From an uncultured Nitrososphaerota archaeon (GTDB lineage Archaea > Thermoproteota > Nitrososphaeria > Conexivisphaerales > DTJL01): a stretch of DNA of 64,000 nt. How positions within the stretch are numbered: the first letter of the stretch is position 1; each line of letters opens with the position of its first letter. Location: assembly GCA_963842885.1 (NCBI GenBank), contig CAWJIE010000005.1, positions 192,001 to 256,000 of the forward strand, in the 5' to 3' direction. Both the position numbers and the translations under genes were made by a program. The notes under the pieces are model-generated. The model saw nothing but the letters and a program-made list of their open reading frames with translations. It ran no database searches and was not told where the DNA came from. Positions 47,822 to 57,855 of this stretch are shown in pieces.

Positions 47822-48218
47822 GCCTAGCCCGTTGGGCAGACGGGGAGGTAATTAACATGTTCGTGAGGAACTAAGTAGGCGCTTCTATCCACCGAAGCGC
47901 CTTCATCTGCCCCCCAACAGACTCGCACCAAATCACCTACCGCAGCAGGGGCATCTGGCTAGGCTAGGGGACATTTCCATACGGTACCCCATCAATATGC
48001 AGAAGGTCGCCTCGATTCAGGTGTCGCCAGAAGCAGTCCGTCGAATGTTCGTTGCACCAATAGATATCTCCACAGGATACGACTATTCAGAGGGCGATCC
48101 GCCTGAGAAGAGTGGCCACGGCCAAACAGAGGGCGTCAAGGCAAACACTGACTTGCTGATCGAACGATCTTAATACCCTTAACATAAGGATATATGGTTG
48201 GATTATTAACGAGTCCAT

Positions 48219-48602
48219 ATGCCCATAGTCAGCCTATCGTTTCCCCAACAGATGATCGATGACATGGACGAAGTCCAGAAGTCGCTGGGCTTCACCGGCC
48301 GGTCCGAGCTCGTTAGGTCCGGCATCCGTCTGCTCCTTCAGGATGTCAAGGACAAGAGCTCCATAACGGGCAAGGTGAGCGCCGTGGTCGTACTCACCCA
48401 CAACGAGGAGAACGAGGAGGCGGTGACGCGAATCAAGCACAAGTTCGACGGCATCGTGCGCACCCACATCCACAACAAGACCGCCAAGAAGACATGCGTC
48501 GAGCTCTTCCTGTTGGAGGGAGCCGGCTCCGACGTGACCTCCATGACCAAGGAGTTTCAAAAGGAGGACGGCATACGTAGCGTAAGGCTTCTGATCATCT
48601 GA
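48219..48602 (+). CDS. NikR-like ribbon-helix-helix metalloregulator
   Basis: MPIVSLSF..GFTGRSELVRSGIR RHH domain plus an ACT-like domain KH..THIH..CVELFLLEG. Confidence 0.88.
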   Translation: MPIVSLSFPQQMIDDMDEVQKSLGFTGRSELVRSGIRLLLQDVKDKSSITGKVSAVVVLTHNEENEEAVTRIKHKFDGIVRTHIHNKTAKKTCVELFLLEGAGSDVTSMTKEFQKEDGIRSVRLLII

Positions 48603-48632
48603 ACACTTGGAAGCGCTTCTTCGATTCGGTCA

Positions 48633-49496
48633 TCACTGGGACAGAAACATTCCGAGCTTCTTGAGGAGCATCGTGGCTAGAAGCATCGCCAATGCCACCA
48701 AAACGATGGCGGCCCCCGGAGCTGCGTTCGGCATCAGCAGCGAAAGGAGAAGCCCAAGGACCACCGCCGCCACGCCGAACACGGGGGAGACGAAGATGGT
48801 CTGCTTGAAGGAGCGAGCTACCTGCATGCTCGACAGGGCGGGCACCACCAGGAGCGCCGATATGAGGAGGATCCCGACTATCGGGATCGAGACGACCACG
48901 GCTATCCCCGCAAGCACGGCGAGGAGGTAGTCGTACTTCCAAGTCACGATGCCCGCCGCTTGAGCTTGCACTTCGTCGAACACGGTATAGAGGAGCTCCT
49001 TGTAGAAGAAGACGAGGAAGGCGGCGGTCGCGATGGTAACGGCTATGGCCGCGTAGATCTGCTGCCATGTCACCAGCAGGATGCTCCCGAAGAGCAGGCT
49101 GTTCAGGGCGAACCCGTAGTTCAGGGTGACGCTCGTGATGAATATCCCTGAAGCAAGGCCCAGCTCGAGGAAGACCGCCACGGCCGCGTCTCCCGTCAGC
49201 CTCCGGGAACGGATCACCTTGGTGATCATGATCGAGCCCACGACCACTATCGCGCCTCCTATCCAGTACGGGTTAAGGCCAGAGAGGGTCGGGAAGATGC
49301 TGCCCACCGCCAGGCCGATGGCTATGCCGCCATAGGCCGTATGCGCCAGCCCGTCCCCTATCAACGAAAGCCTCTTGAGTACTATGTAGACGCTCAGCAT
49401 CGAGCTGAGGAGGGCGACCACGATCCCGATGATGAACGCCCGCTGCACGAAGCCGGCGGACAGGTAGCCCAGGAGGGAGCTAAGGATGCTCTCCAT
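48633..49496 (-). CDS. znuB: Zn/Mn ABC transporter permease
   Basis: LIGDGLAHTAYGG, LLFGSIL, VGILLISALLVVPA. Confidence 0.9.
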   Translation of the reverse strand: MESILSSLLGYLSAGFVQRAFIIGIVVALLSSMLSVYIVLKRLSLIGDGLAHTAYGGIAIGLAVGSIFPTLSGLNPYWIGGAIVVVGSIMITKVIRSRRLTGDAAVAVFLELGLASGIFITSVTLNYGFALNSLLFGSILLVTWQQIYAAIAVTIATAAFLVFFYKELLYTVFDEVQAQAAGIVTWKYDYLLAVLAGIAVVVSIPIVGILLISALLVVPALSSMQVARSFKQTIFVSPVFGVAAVVLGLLLSLLMPNAAPGAAIVLVALAMLLATMLLKKLGMFLSQ

Positions 49497-50268
49497 GCTC
49501 CACGACCTCTATGGGGTACCCGTAAGCCTTGGATAGGACCGAGCCCGCATCAAAGTCCTTCGTCTTCCCGTCGAAGTACAGCGTCCTGTTGATGCAGACT
49601 ATCGTCTTCGCAAGCTTCGTCACCACTCCGATATCATGCAGCGAGAGGATCGTCGTGATTCCAAGGTCCTTGTTCAGATGCTCAAGTATAGAGTAGAACT
49701 CGCTCTTCGAATGCGCGTCCACCCCGCTGGTGGGCTCATCGAATATCAGCAACTGGGGGTCGCCGACCAGGGCCTTCGCTGTGAACACCCGCTGCATCTG
49801 TCCACCTGAGAGTTCGTTGATGCTCCTCCGTCTGAGGTCGCCGATGCCCAGGCGCTCTAGGGCCTGGGCCGCCTTGGCGTGATCCTCGGCATCGAACCAA
49901 GGAAGGTGATTGGAGAGGGGAACTCTCCCCAAGAGCACGGTCTCGTAGACGGTCGCCGGGAAGTTCCAGTCCTTGGCGTGAGGCGTCTGAGGCACGAACC
50001 CGACCTTCCTGAGGCTCTCGGCCGACACAGGAGCTCCGAAAAGCTTGACGTAGCCTGCAGTGGGCTTCACGAGCCCGACTATGACGCTGAGGAGGGTTGA
50101 TTTGCCGGCGCCATTCGGGCCGATGAGGCCGAGGAAGTCGCCTGCTTGAACCTCCAGGGAGATGTGCTCGAGGGCGACGATGTCTCCTGGGTACGTCACC
50201 TGAACGTCGTGGAGCTCGCACGACCGGCTGAGCGGAACCCTGCGCCAAGTTCTGCCGTCCGCCGTCAT
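49480..50268 (-). CDS. znuC: Zn/Mn ABC transporter ATPase
   Basis: GPNGAGKS, LSGGQMQR, FDEPTSGVD, LHD, CIN. Confidence 0.92.
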   Translation of the reverse strand: MTADGRTWRRVPLSRSCELHDVQVTYPGDIVALEHISLEVQAGDFLGLIGPNGAGKSTLLSVIVGLVKPTAGYVKLFGAPVSAESLRKVGFVPQTPHAKDWNFPATVYETVLLGRVPLSNHLPWFDAEDHAKAAQALERLGIGDLRRRSINELSGGQMQRVFTAKALVGDPQLLIFDEPTSGVDAHSKSEFYSILEHLNKDLGITTILSLHDIGVVTKLAKTIVCINRTLYFDGKTKDFDAGSVLSKAYGYPIEVVEHGEHP

Positions 50269-50322
50269 GAATCGACCCGGCGGAGTTTATGCTTTCCATC
50301 TCCGGCTTCCCCTCTTTCAAGC

Positions 50323-51309
50323 CTATCGACCTCCCACGTGGTTCAGAGCCAACGTCAGGACCAGCAGGTTCTGCGCCATCAGGGTCAGGTAGGTCTGCCC
50401 TTGCGCCTGCTCCTGGGCTGTGAGACCCTCTATCGGGTTCATCGGGACCAGCGTGGCGTTGGTCTGGCTCGCTATCGCTTCGGGCACGGCCGGGTTCTCA
50501 AGGGATTCGTAGCCTACGTAGAGCAGGTGGTTCTGGTTTATCGCGTTGACGACGTTGGTGATGTCAGCGGCAGTGGGCTCCTCCTCGAAGGGGCCGAAGA
50601 CCGGGATCTGCGTCAGGTTGTACTGCCGGGCCAGGTAGCCGAAGGCCGTGTGGAAGGTCACGAAATCTCTTGTCGCGAGGTTCGAACTGGCCAGGCTCAT
50701 GAACTGCTGGTTGAGCGACTGGAGCTTTGCCTCGTAGGCGTTGGCGTTGGCCGTGAAGTAGGCCGCGTCGCCGGAGTCCGCCTTTATGAACCCCTGCAAT
50801 ATGTTTTGGACCATGGTCATGGCGTCGACAGGGTCCAGCCAGATGTGGGGGTCGATGGTCCGATTGGCCACCTGGAACTGTGGCGGGACCGTTATGAGGC
50901 TGACGTTCTGGCTGCAGTCCACAACCACAAGGTTTGGATTGCCGGCAGCGGCTATCGCCTGCTGCGCCCAAGGCTCCAGGCCCGCCCCGTTCAGTATGAG
51001 TACGTTCGCCGACGCAATGGCTTCTACGGATACTACGGTCGGCTCGAAATCGTGGACGTCCTCTGCCACGGGAACCAGAAGCGAAACGCTGACTTTGACA
51101 CCGCCGACGTTCTGGGCCCAGTCCTGCAAGGGGAAGAACGTAGCAAGGACCTTCAAAGTCGGGGTTAAAGATGAAGGACCAGTCGACCCGGGCCCGCTGC
51201 GAGGGTAGAGGAAGGCGTATCCTCCGAAGGCCGCCGACGTGAAGAGCAGTATGACGACTAACGCCCAGAGGCGCCTTTCTCCGCCTCTGCCTTTGCTCCC
51301 AGCCTCCAT
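50323..51309 (-). CDS. znuA: Zn/Mn ABC transporter substrate-binding protein
   Basis: N-terminal TM anchor, DVHDFEP, DPHIWLDP, FHTAFGY. Confidence 0.92.
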   Translation of the reverse strand: MEAGSKGRGGERRLWALVVILLFTSAAFGGYAFLYPRSGPGSTGPSSLTPTLKVLATFFPLQDWAQNVGGVKVSVSLLVPVAEDVHDFEPTVVSVEAIASANVLILNGAGLEPWAQQAIAAAGNPNLVVVDCSQNVSLITVPPQFQVANRTIDPHIWLDPVDAMTMVQNILQGFIKADSGDAAYFTANANAYEAKLQSLNQQFMSLASSNLATRDFVTFHTAFGYLARQYNLTQIPVFGPFEEEPTAADITNVVNAINQNHLLYVGYESLENPAVPEAIASQTNATLVPMNPIEGLTAQEQAQGQTYLTLMAQNLLVLTLALNHVGGR

Positions 51310-51332
51310 CGATAGTTATTGCTCCAACACCT

Positions 51333-51360
51333 TTAATAAATATATCCCTCTTTTTATTAA
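51333..51360. promoter_or_regulatory. Palindromic operator TTAATAAA-N12-TTTATTAA overlapping the znuA TATA box
   Basis: Perfect 8-bp inverted repeat spanning 28 bp, 24 nt upstream of znuA. An extra half-site TTTATTAA lies at 51385-51392. Confidence 0.65.
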
Positions 51361-51555
51361 GAGCGCCAGCTATCTCCTCAGGAGTTTATTAATGAGTACC
51401 TTGTCGACGCTCAGCAGTCCCCTCCTGGTGAATATGAAGTGACGGAATCAAGAGCTAGGCTCATGGTCCTGTCGAACCCGCTGTCGCGTGGCTGGCATCG
51501 TCCAAAGATTCCATGAAGAATAGGGGCAGGAGGGCAGAGGCTTCCCCCAGGTCCT

Positions 51556-52575
51556 CTAGAGGCCGACGCTGTTCACGACGATGCCGCTGTTGCCATCGAT
51601 GACCAGGACGATCTTCGAGCCCTTGTGGTCGTAGCGCGCGAACCATATGGGCGCGTGAAGGAGCTCCCCGTCGGCAACGTCCATCTCGGTGTTCATCTGC
51701 TGAATCATGTGGTACTGCTTGTGAGCCTTCTGCGACTGCAGCTGGTCCACCATGGTCTTCGCCTGGTACTTCGCCATGTCCTCGCTTATGTCCCCGTTGA
51801 GGATCTTGATGCCGACTCCCCTAGCCAGCTTGTCCACGTCAAATATCTCCCTCTCCGTCAGGTTGAACTGGTAGTCAGTGGGCTGGTACTGGGTGAACGC
51901 CTTGATGGCGACAACGGGGAAGTCATAGTTCTCATTCAGCGTGAAGGTCTTCCTCATGTTCATCCCGCCTCCGGCACCTCCCATCATCGTTCCAAGCATG
52001 GCGCCCTCCATGAGCCCGCCGCCGCCGAAACCACCACGCCGCCCGCCCATCCCTCCGGCCATAACTCCGAACAGGGCTGCTTCGGTGGCAATGGTCCCGA
52101 CCGTGGCGACTGTGTCGGCGGCCGTGATGGAGGTCCTGGCCGACACGGGGACGAGCCAGTATGGGACGTAGCTTAGGGTGAGCTCCTCTTGGGTCGAGTT
52201 CTCCTCAAGGTGGCGGTGAAGGAGACCCTTGTCCATTAGATCCTTTAGCTTCTCTGCCACTACGTCCTGGCTCTGCAGCTTCAGAGGCAGCATCGTCTGC
52301 TTCATGAGGCTCCTCCACCCCGCGTCCCCCAAGGAGATGCTGGAGCCGCAGTAGTCGCACGTTATCACCATCTCTCCGAAGAGGGGCTTGATGGGGGCCC
52401 CGCAGGTGGGGCATTTGAGCTCGGAGACGCCGGCCGGGGCTACCGTCTCAACGGCCTGTGCAGCGTTGCCAGGGGCCTGAGACCCGCCTTCGGCGGGAGC
52501 CTGGACGGTGGCGCCGCACTTGGAGCAGAAACGGGCGTCGTCGGGCAGCTGCGTACCGCATTTGAGACAATACAA
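51556..52575 (-). CDS. Zinc-ribbon domain protein with a Gly/Met-rich insertion
   Basis: CLKC..CSKC, CPTC..CDYC, YVPYW, HAPIWFARY..IDGNSG. Confidence 0.8.
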   Translation of the reverse strand: MYCLKCGTQLPDDARFCSKCGATVQAPAEGGSQAPGNAAQAVETVAPAGVSELKCPTCGAPIKPLFGEMVITCDYCGSSISLGDAGWRSLMKQTMLPLKLQSQDVVAEKLKDLMDKGLLHRHLEENSTQEELTLSYVPYWLVPVSARTSITAADTVATVGTIATEAALFGVMAGGMGGRRGGFGGGGLMEGAMLGTMMGGAGGGMNMRKTFTLNENYDFPVVAIKAFTQYQPTDYQFNLTEREIFDVDKLARGVGIKILNGDISEDMAKYQAKTMVDQLQSQKAHKQYHMIQQMNTEMDVADGELLHAPIWFARYDHKGSKIVLVIDGNSGIVVNSVGL

Positions 52576-52722
52576 TTCCTCTCACTTGGAAGACCTCAGG
52601 CCACGCTGGGGTCTCAGCCTCTCCACATCTGCTTAGCCAATAAACGTATTGCCGTCTAAAGAGAAGGGCGCCGGCCGAGCGGTTGAGCAAGAGATCCCGG
52701 TGAACGCAGCCATCGTCGCAGG

Positions 52723-53019
52723 TCAAATCTGGAAATGCAGGACGAAGCCGAGGAAGACGCTGAACATCAGAACGAAGAAGACGGAGCCCGCCACTAGGGC
52801 TGCCCTCATCTCCCTGTTCATGAGGAACGCCACCGTGCCCACCACGGTCCGCATCACGGGGGTAGCGATAAGGATCACCGTCGCCGCCATCAGGGTGGGT
52901 TCCGAATACTCCTGGACGGAGGGCACGGCGTAGGCCAGGATGCCGAGGACGAAGAGGGAGGTGCTCATGACCATCCCCACTACGAGCACCCAGTAAAGCG
53001 CCCTGTTCACATCCGCCAT
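52723..53019 (-). CDS. DUF1634 membrane protein
   Basis: Three TM helices with ILIATPVMR. Typical partner downstream of TauE. Confidence 0.8.
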   Translation of the reverse strand: MADVNRALYWVLVVGMVMSTSLFVLGILAYAVPSVQEYSEPTLMAATVILIATPVMRTVVGTVAFLMNREMRAALVAGSVFFVLMFSVFLGFVLHFQI

Positions 53020-53023
53020 CCCA

Positions 53024-53920
53024 TCAGCTCCCTCCGAGGTAGGGGAGGTGGAGTCCCCACGTGGTCAGCCCCCTCGCCAGCATTGTATACGCCAGATAGA
53101 GTATGATTATCGAGAATACGATCTTCAGGTTCCGGGCCCTTATCCGGTTCATGAACCACGTCCCGACGGTCGCCCCCACCGTGGTCCCAATGGCCACGGG
53201 GGCCAGCACGTAGAGGTCCAGCTTCCCAGCGGCCAGGTAGGTGATGGCGCTGACGGCCGCAGTGACGCCTATCATGAACTTGCTGGTGGCGACAGCCACC
53301 TTCATGGGGACGTTCATGTACCTGTTCATGGCCGAGACCTTGAACACGCCCCCGCCTATCCCCAGCATGCCTGAGGCGATCCCCGCGAAGAAGGCTATGG
53401 TGCTCCCGGGCAGGCTTCCGTTCACCCTGTATTCGACGTCCCTTTTCTCGGCCACATCGTGGTAGACCCCCTTCAGGTCGAGATATGCGGTCGCCCTGTC
53501 CTGTTTCCCATTCCCAAAGGCACCCGAAGCGAACTTCTCTTCGTCCAGGTTCCTGGCCCTGAAGACCGCCACGGTGAGGTAGAGCAGCATCAAGCCGAAG
53601 ATGAGGAAGAGCAGTTGGTTGTTCAGGTAGAGGGCGACGAGGCTTCCCACGAGCGCGCCGACGGTCGTCGAAAGCTCAAGGAAGAAGGCCAGCCTAACGT
53701 TGGTTATCCTCTGCTCCAGATATCCCGACCCTCCCGCGTTAGAGGTGGCGATGACTGATGCTATGCTAGCGGCGATGGCGACCTGGATGGGGACGCCCAG
53801 GTACACGCTGAGCACGGGCACGATAATGATCCCCCCGCCCACGCCCATGAGTGCCCCCAGGAAGCCAGCGAAGACGGCGGACAGCAGCCCCTGAAGGAAG
53901 AACGACAGGGTGATCAGCAA
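53024..53920 (-). CDS. TauE/SafE family (TSUP) transporter
   Basis: GALMGVGGGIIIVP, SGMLGIGGGVFKV, ATSKFMIGVTA. Confidence 0.9.
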   Translation of the reverse strand: MLITLSFFLQGLLSAVFAGFLGALMGVGGGIIIVPVLSVYLGVPIQVAIAASIASVIATSNAGGSGYLEQRITNVRLAFFLELSTTVGALVGSLVALYLNNQLLFLIFGLMLLYLTVAVFRARNLDEEKFASGAFGNGKQDRATAYLDLKGVYHDVAEKRDVEYRVNGSLPGSTIAFFAGIASGMLGIGGGVFKVSAMNRYMNVPMKVAVATSKFMIGVTAAVSAITYLAAGKLDLYVLAPVAIGTTVGATVGTWFMNRIRARNLKIVFSIIILYLAYTMLARGLTTWGLHLPYLGGS

Positions 53921-53990
53921 GATGTCAATTCAAATCCGCCGGGAAATATAAAAGCAATTTGAAGCTACGGCGCCCATGCTCACATGGCCG

Positions 53991-54423
53991 TCAGAACACT
54001 GCGCCGTAGAGGCGCTGGTGCTCCTTCTTCATGCACCTGTCCCAGGCCAGGGTCAGTCCCAGCGACCGCCCCCTCTCGGCGGCCTCCGGGCTGTAGATCC
54101 CTTCCTGCAGCCAAACGGTCTTTACGCCCCTGGCTGCCGCCTCCTCGACGACCCTGGCTGCCTCGGCCGACGGTCGGAATACGTCGACCACGTCTATCGC
54201 TCTCCGTCACATCGGCTAGGGACTTGAAGCACTTCCTCCCGAGAACGTTGTCCGCGAACGGGTTCACTGGAATGATGTTGTATCCGTTCTTTTGCAGGAA
54301 CTCGGGCACGAAGCCCGCCGCCTTGGCCAGGTCCCTAGAGGCGCCCACCACTGCAACGTTCCGCCTTGAAAGAATCTCCCTTATCTTCGCGTCGTCTAGC
54401 CCGTCCTTCGGGATGTTGGACAT
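53991..54423 (-). CDS. CoA-binding domain protein (YccU-like), frameshift near 54200
   Basis: VAVVGASRD, IIPVNP | VDVFRPS, VWLQEG, DRCM. Confidence 0.88.
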
Positions 54424-54491
54424 CGACGAAGAGCGACCGAGACCCAAGCTTAAGCCTAGCGGCGTTAACGAAGGCTTAAAGCGACCTGCCG

Positions 54492-56184
54492 GTGCCCACA
54501 GCACCGTTGATGAACCGCAAATGGTGGGGCTGGGGCGACCCCAACAAGTGCGACGAAATTGAGTCCCACCCAGAGCTCTTCGAGTTCCTGAAGAAGCAGC
54601 TCAACCTGTCCGCGGAAGTCCGCTACCCCTGCGTCGAGGCCGATCAGGTCAAGCTCCCAGAAGGCCGGCTGCCGAAGGAGCTGCTTGAGGAGTTGATGGG
54701 CATCTGCTCCCCCGAGAGGGTCCGTGTCGGCGCCATCGCCCGGCTCATGCATTCGGCCGGCATGGGCTACAAGGACCTCCTTCGCATTCGCAAAGGTGTC
54801 CTCCCAGACTACGTCGACGCAGTCGTCTATCCTGGAAACGAGGAGGAGGTCCTGCGGCTCCTCAGGCTATGCGAGGGCAACTCTGTCCAGGTGATCCCGT
54901 ACGGGGGAGGGAGCTCCGTCGTGGGCAGCTTCGAGGTGGTCAGGAAGAACGGCCAAGGTGTCGTCTCCATGGATATGAGCCTAATGGGGAGGCTGGTCAG
55001 GCTCGACACCGTCTCCCTGACGGCCACTTTCGAGGCGGGCGCCACTGGGCCGGACCTGGAGTCCCAGCTGGCAGCCCACGGGTTTACGCTCGGTCACTTC
55101 CCTCAGTCTTTCGAATACAGCACCCTCGGGGGTTGGATCGCCACCAGGTCAGCAGGCTCCTCTTCGAATATATACGGGAGCATCGAGGATATGGTCATCT
55201 CGCTGCGGGTCGCCACCCCGAGAGGCATAATCGAACCGGTAACGGTGCCCAGGAGCGCGGCCGGCCCCGATCTCAGGGAGCTCTTCCTTGGAAGCGAAGG
55301 GACTTTAGGCGTCATAACTCAGGCCACGCTGGTCGTTCGCAGGGCGCCGCCGGCCAGGGGTTTCTCTTCTTATCTGTTCAAGAGCTTCGAAGATGGCCTG
55401 GCCTGCATAAGGGAGCTAGTCCAGGGAGGCCTCCACGCCACCTCCCTGCGCCTCTCCGACGCCAACGAGACTAACTCCTTCTACCATTCGAAGGGAGAAG
55501 CGGTCGCCACATCCTCCAAGATGAAGGAGGCGGTGGGCTTGTGGCTCGTGTCGAAGAAGGGCCTCTCGTTCGAGGACGGGAGCCTCCTGATCGCCATCTA
55601 CGAAGGGGACGCGGGCCAGGTGGAATCCGACAAGGCCCGGGTGAAGTCAGCCTGCCGCTCCCATCACGGTTTCGGGCTCGGCTCCTCGCCAGCGGAGGCT
55701 TGGTTGGAGAGCAGGTTCGAGCAGCCCTACCTAAGAGATTCTCTGGTGGAGCACGGAGTCATGGTGGACACGCTGGAGACGGCCACGGTGTGGAGCAGGG
55801 TCGGCCAACTCCACGACGCGGTGGCCGTGGCCATAACGACAGAGCTGGAGAAGAGGGGTCGCTCGGCCCTCGTGATGTGCCACCTCTCCCATATGTATCC
55901 CTCGGGATCCTCTCTCTACTTCACGTTAATGGCCGGACAGGAGCCGGGGAGGGAGCTGCAGGAGTGGGAGGCCGTCAAGGAGGCGGCCTCGAGCGCCATC
56001 GTATCGAATGGGGGGACCATCACGCACCACCACGGCGTCGGGATCTGAGCATTCCAGGTGGATGCTCGCCGAAGACGGGGAGCAGGGCCTCTCGGCCCTC
56101 AAGGCCGTCAAGGCCTCCCTAGACCCTAAGGGCATAATGAACCCCGGGAAGCTGCTGCCTTATCGGGAGTCGAAGCCCATTTGA
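54492..56184 (+). CDS. FAD-linked oxidoreductase, alkyl-dihydroxyacetone-phosphate synthase-like (frameshift near 56045)
   Basis: KWWGWG, PYGGGSSVVG, GHFPQSFEYSTLGGWIATRSAG, GSEGTLGVIT, CHLSHMY, ITHHHGVG | LDPKGIMNPGKL. Confidence 0.88.
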
Positions 56185-57840
56185 GCTCGCCCGCGCTCTT
56201 CGGCCTGCAGGCCAGGGAGGCCTCCATCACGCGGATGAAGAGCGGAGGAGTTCGACGTCTTCGTGATCGGCGGCGGCATCACGGGCGCCGGCATCGCGAG
56301 AGACGCGGCCCTGCGAGGCTACAAGGTGGCCCTGGTGGACAAGGGGGACTTCGCCGGCGCCACGAGCAGCCGCTCGTCGAAGATGGCCCATGGCGGGCTG
56401 AGGTACTTGCAGTACTACAAGTTCAGGCTTGTCTTCGAGGCGCTGAGCGAGAGGCACACGCTCTCGCATATAGCCAGCAACCTCGTCCACCCCCAGCCCT
56501 TCCTCATCACGGTGTACAAGGGCGCCTCGCACGGCGTCGGCACCTACAGGATGGGTCTCGTGCTCTACGATCTCCTGGCCCTGTTCAGGACACCACACCC
56601 CCACAAGAGCCTCGGTCGCGACAGGGCCATCGAGCTGGAGCCCCTGCTGAAGCGAGAGGGCCTCCTTGGCGGGTTCCTGTACTACGACTACAGGGTCGAC
56701 GACGCCAGGCTGACTTTGGCCAACGTGAAGACCGCGTGGATTAAGGGAGCCGCGGTGGCGAGCTACGTCGAGGTCCTGGGCCTGGACAAGGAAGGGCCGA
56801 AGGTGAAGGGAGCCAGGCTTATGGACCGGCTTTCCGGAGAGGCGTTCTCCATACGCTCTAAGGTGGTCGTCAACGCCACGGGGCCATTCACGGATAGGAT
56901 TCGCGCCATGGACGACCCCGGCTGCGAGAGGAAGCTGAGGCCTACGAAGGGCGTGCATTTGGTGGTCTCCCCGCAGAGGCTTCCCGTAGGGCATGCCATA
57001 GTGACGGAAGCTGAGGACGGACGCAACGTGTTCGCCGTGCCCTGGGGTCGCTACGTGCTTATCGGAACTACAGACAAGGATTTCGAGGGGGACTTCGACA
57101 GCGTCTTCGCGACTAGGGAGGACGTCATGTACCTCCTGGATTCGGTCAACAGGGCCCTCCCCTCCGCCAACCTCGGCCTGCAGGACGTCCTGACAACCTT
57201 TGCGGGCCTCAGGCCCCTGGTCCTTGAGCTAGGTGTGAAGGAGTCCGAGGTCTCGAGGGAGCATGAGATCTTCGTCAGCCCCTCCGGCCTGTTCTCGATC
57301 GCAGGGGGGAAGCTGACCACGTACAGGTCCATGGCCGAAGAGCTCATGGACAAGGTCTCCGACGTCCTCCGCCATGTACACGGCGTCCAGGCGGTGTCCC
57401 TCTCAGGGAGCGGGTTCGACCTCCTCGACGGCGCGTTCGACGAGAAGTACCGCAACCCCATGCTGAAGGACATCACAGCCGGCGGCCTCGATGAGGACGT
57501 CGCCGAGCACCTCCTCTACTTCTATGGGGCTCACTACGGCGAGATACTGACGCTGCTGCGGGCCGACCCTTCACTGGCCTCGAGGATCAAGACCGGTCAT
57601 CCCTACATCTGGGCGGAAGTCCGGTACGCTGCCGAACGGGACTGCGTCGTTCACTTGGAGGACATACTCTCTAGACGCCTCCATCTGGTGTTCGAGGACG
57701 CCGAGCAGGGCCTAGACGTCGCGGGAAGGGCGGCCGAAATCGCCGGCACCGTGCTGGGCTGGTCGGACGAGACCAAGAGGAAGGAGATCTCCTCATACGC
57801 GGACACCGTGGAGCTGACAAGGAGATATAGGGCGGGATAG
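56181..57840 (+). CDS. glpD: FAD-dependent glycerol-3-phosphate dehydrogenase/oxidase (frameshift near 56245)
   Basis: IGGGITGAG, TSSRSSKMAHGGLRYL, DDARL, NATGP, IGTTD, AGLRPL, SREH, GGKLTTYR. Confidence 0.92.
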
Positions 57841-57855
57841 ATACTCGAAGCAGCC

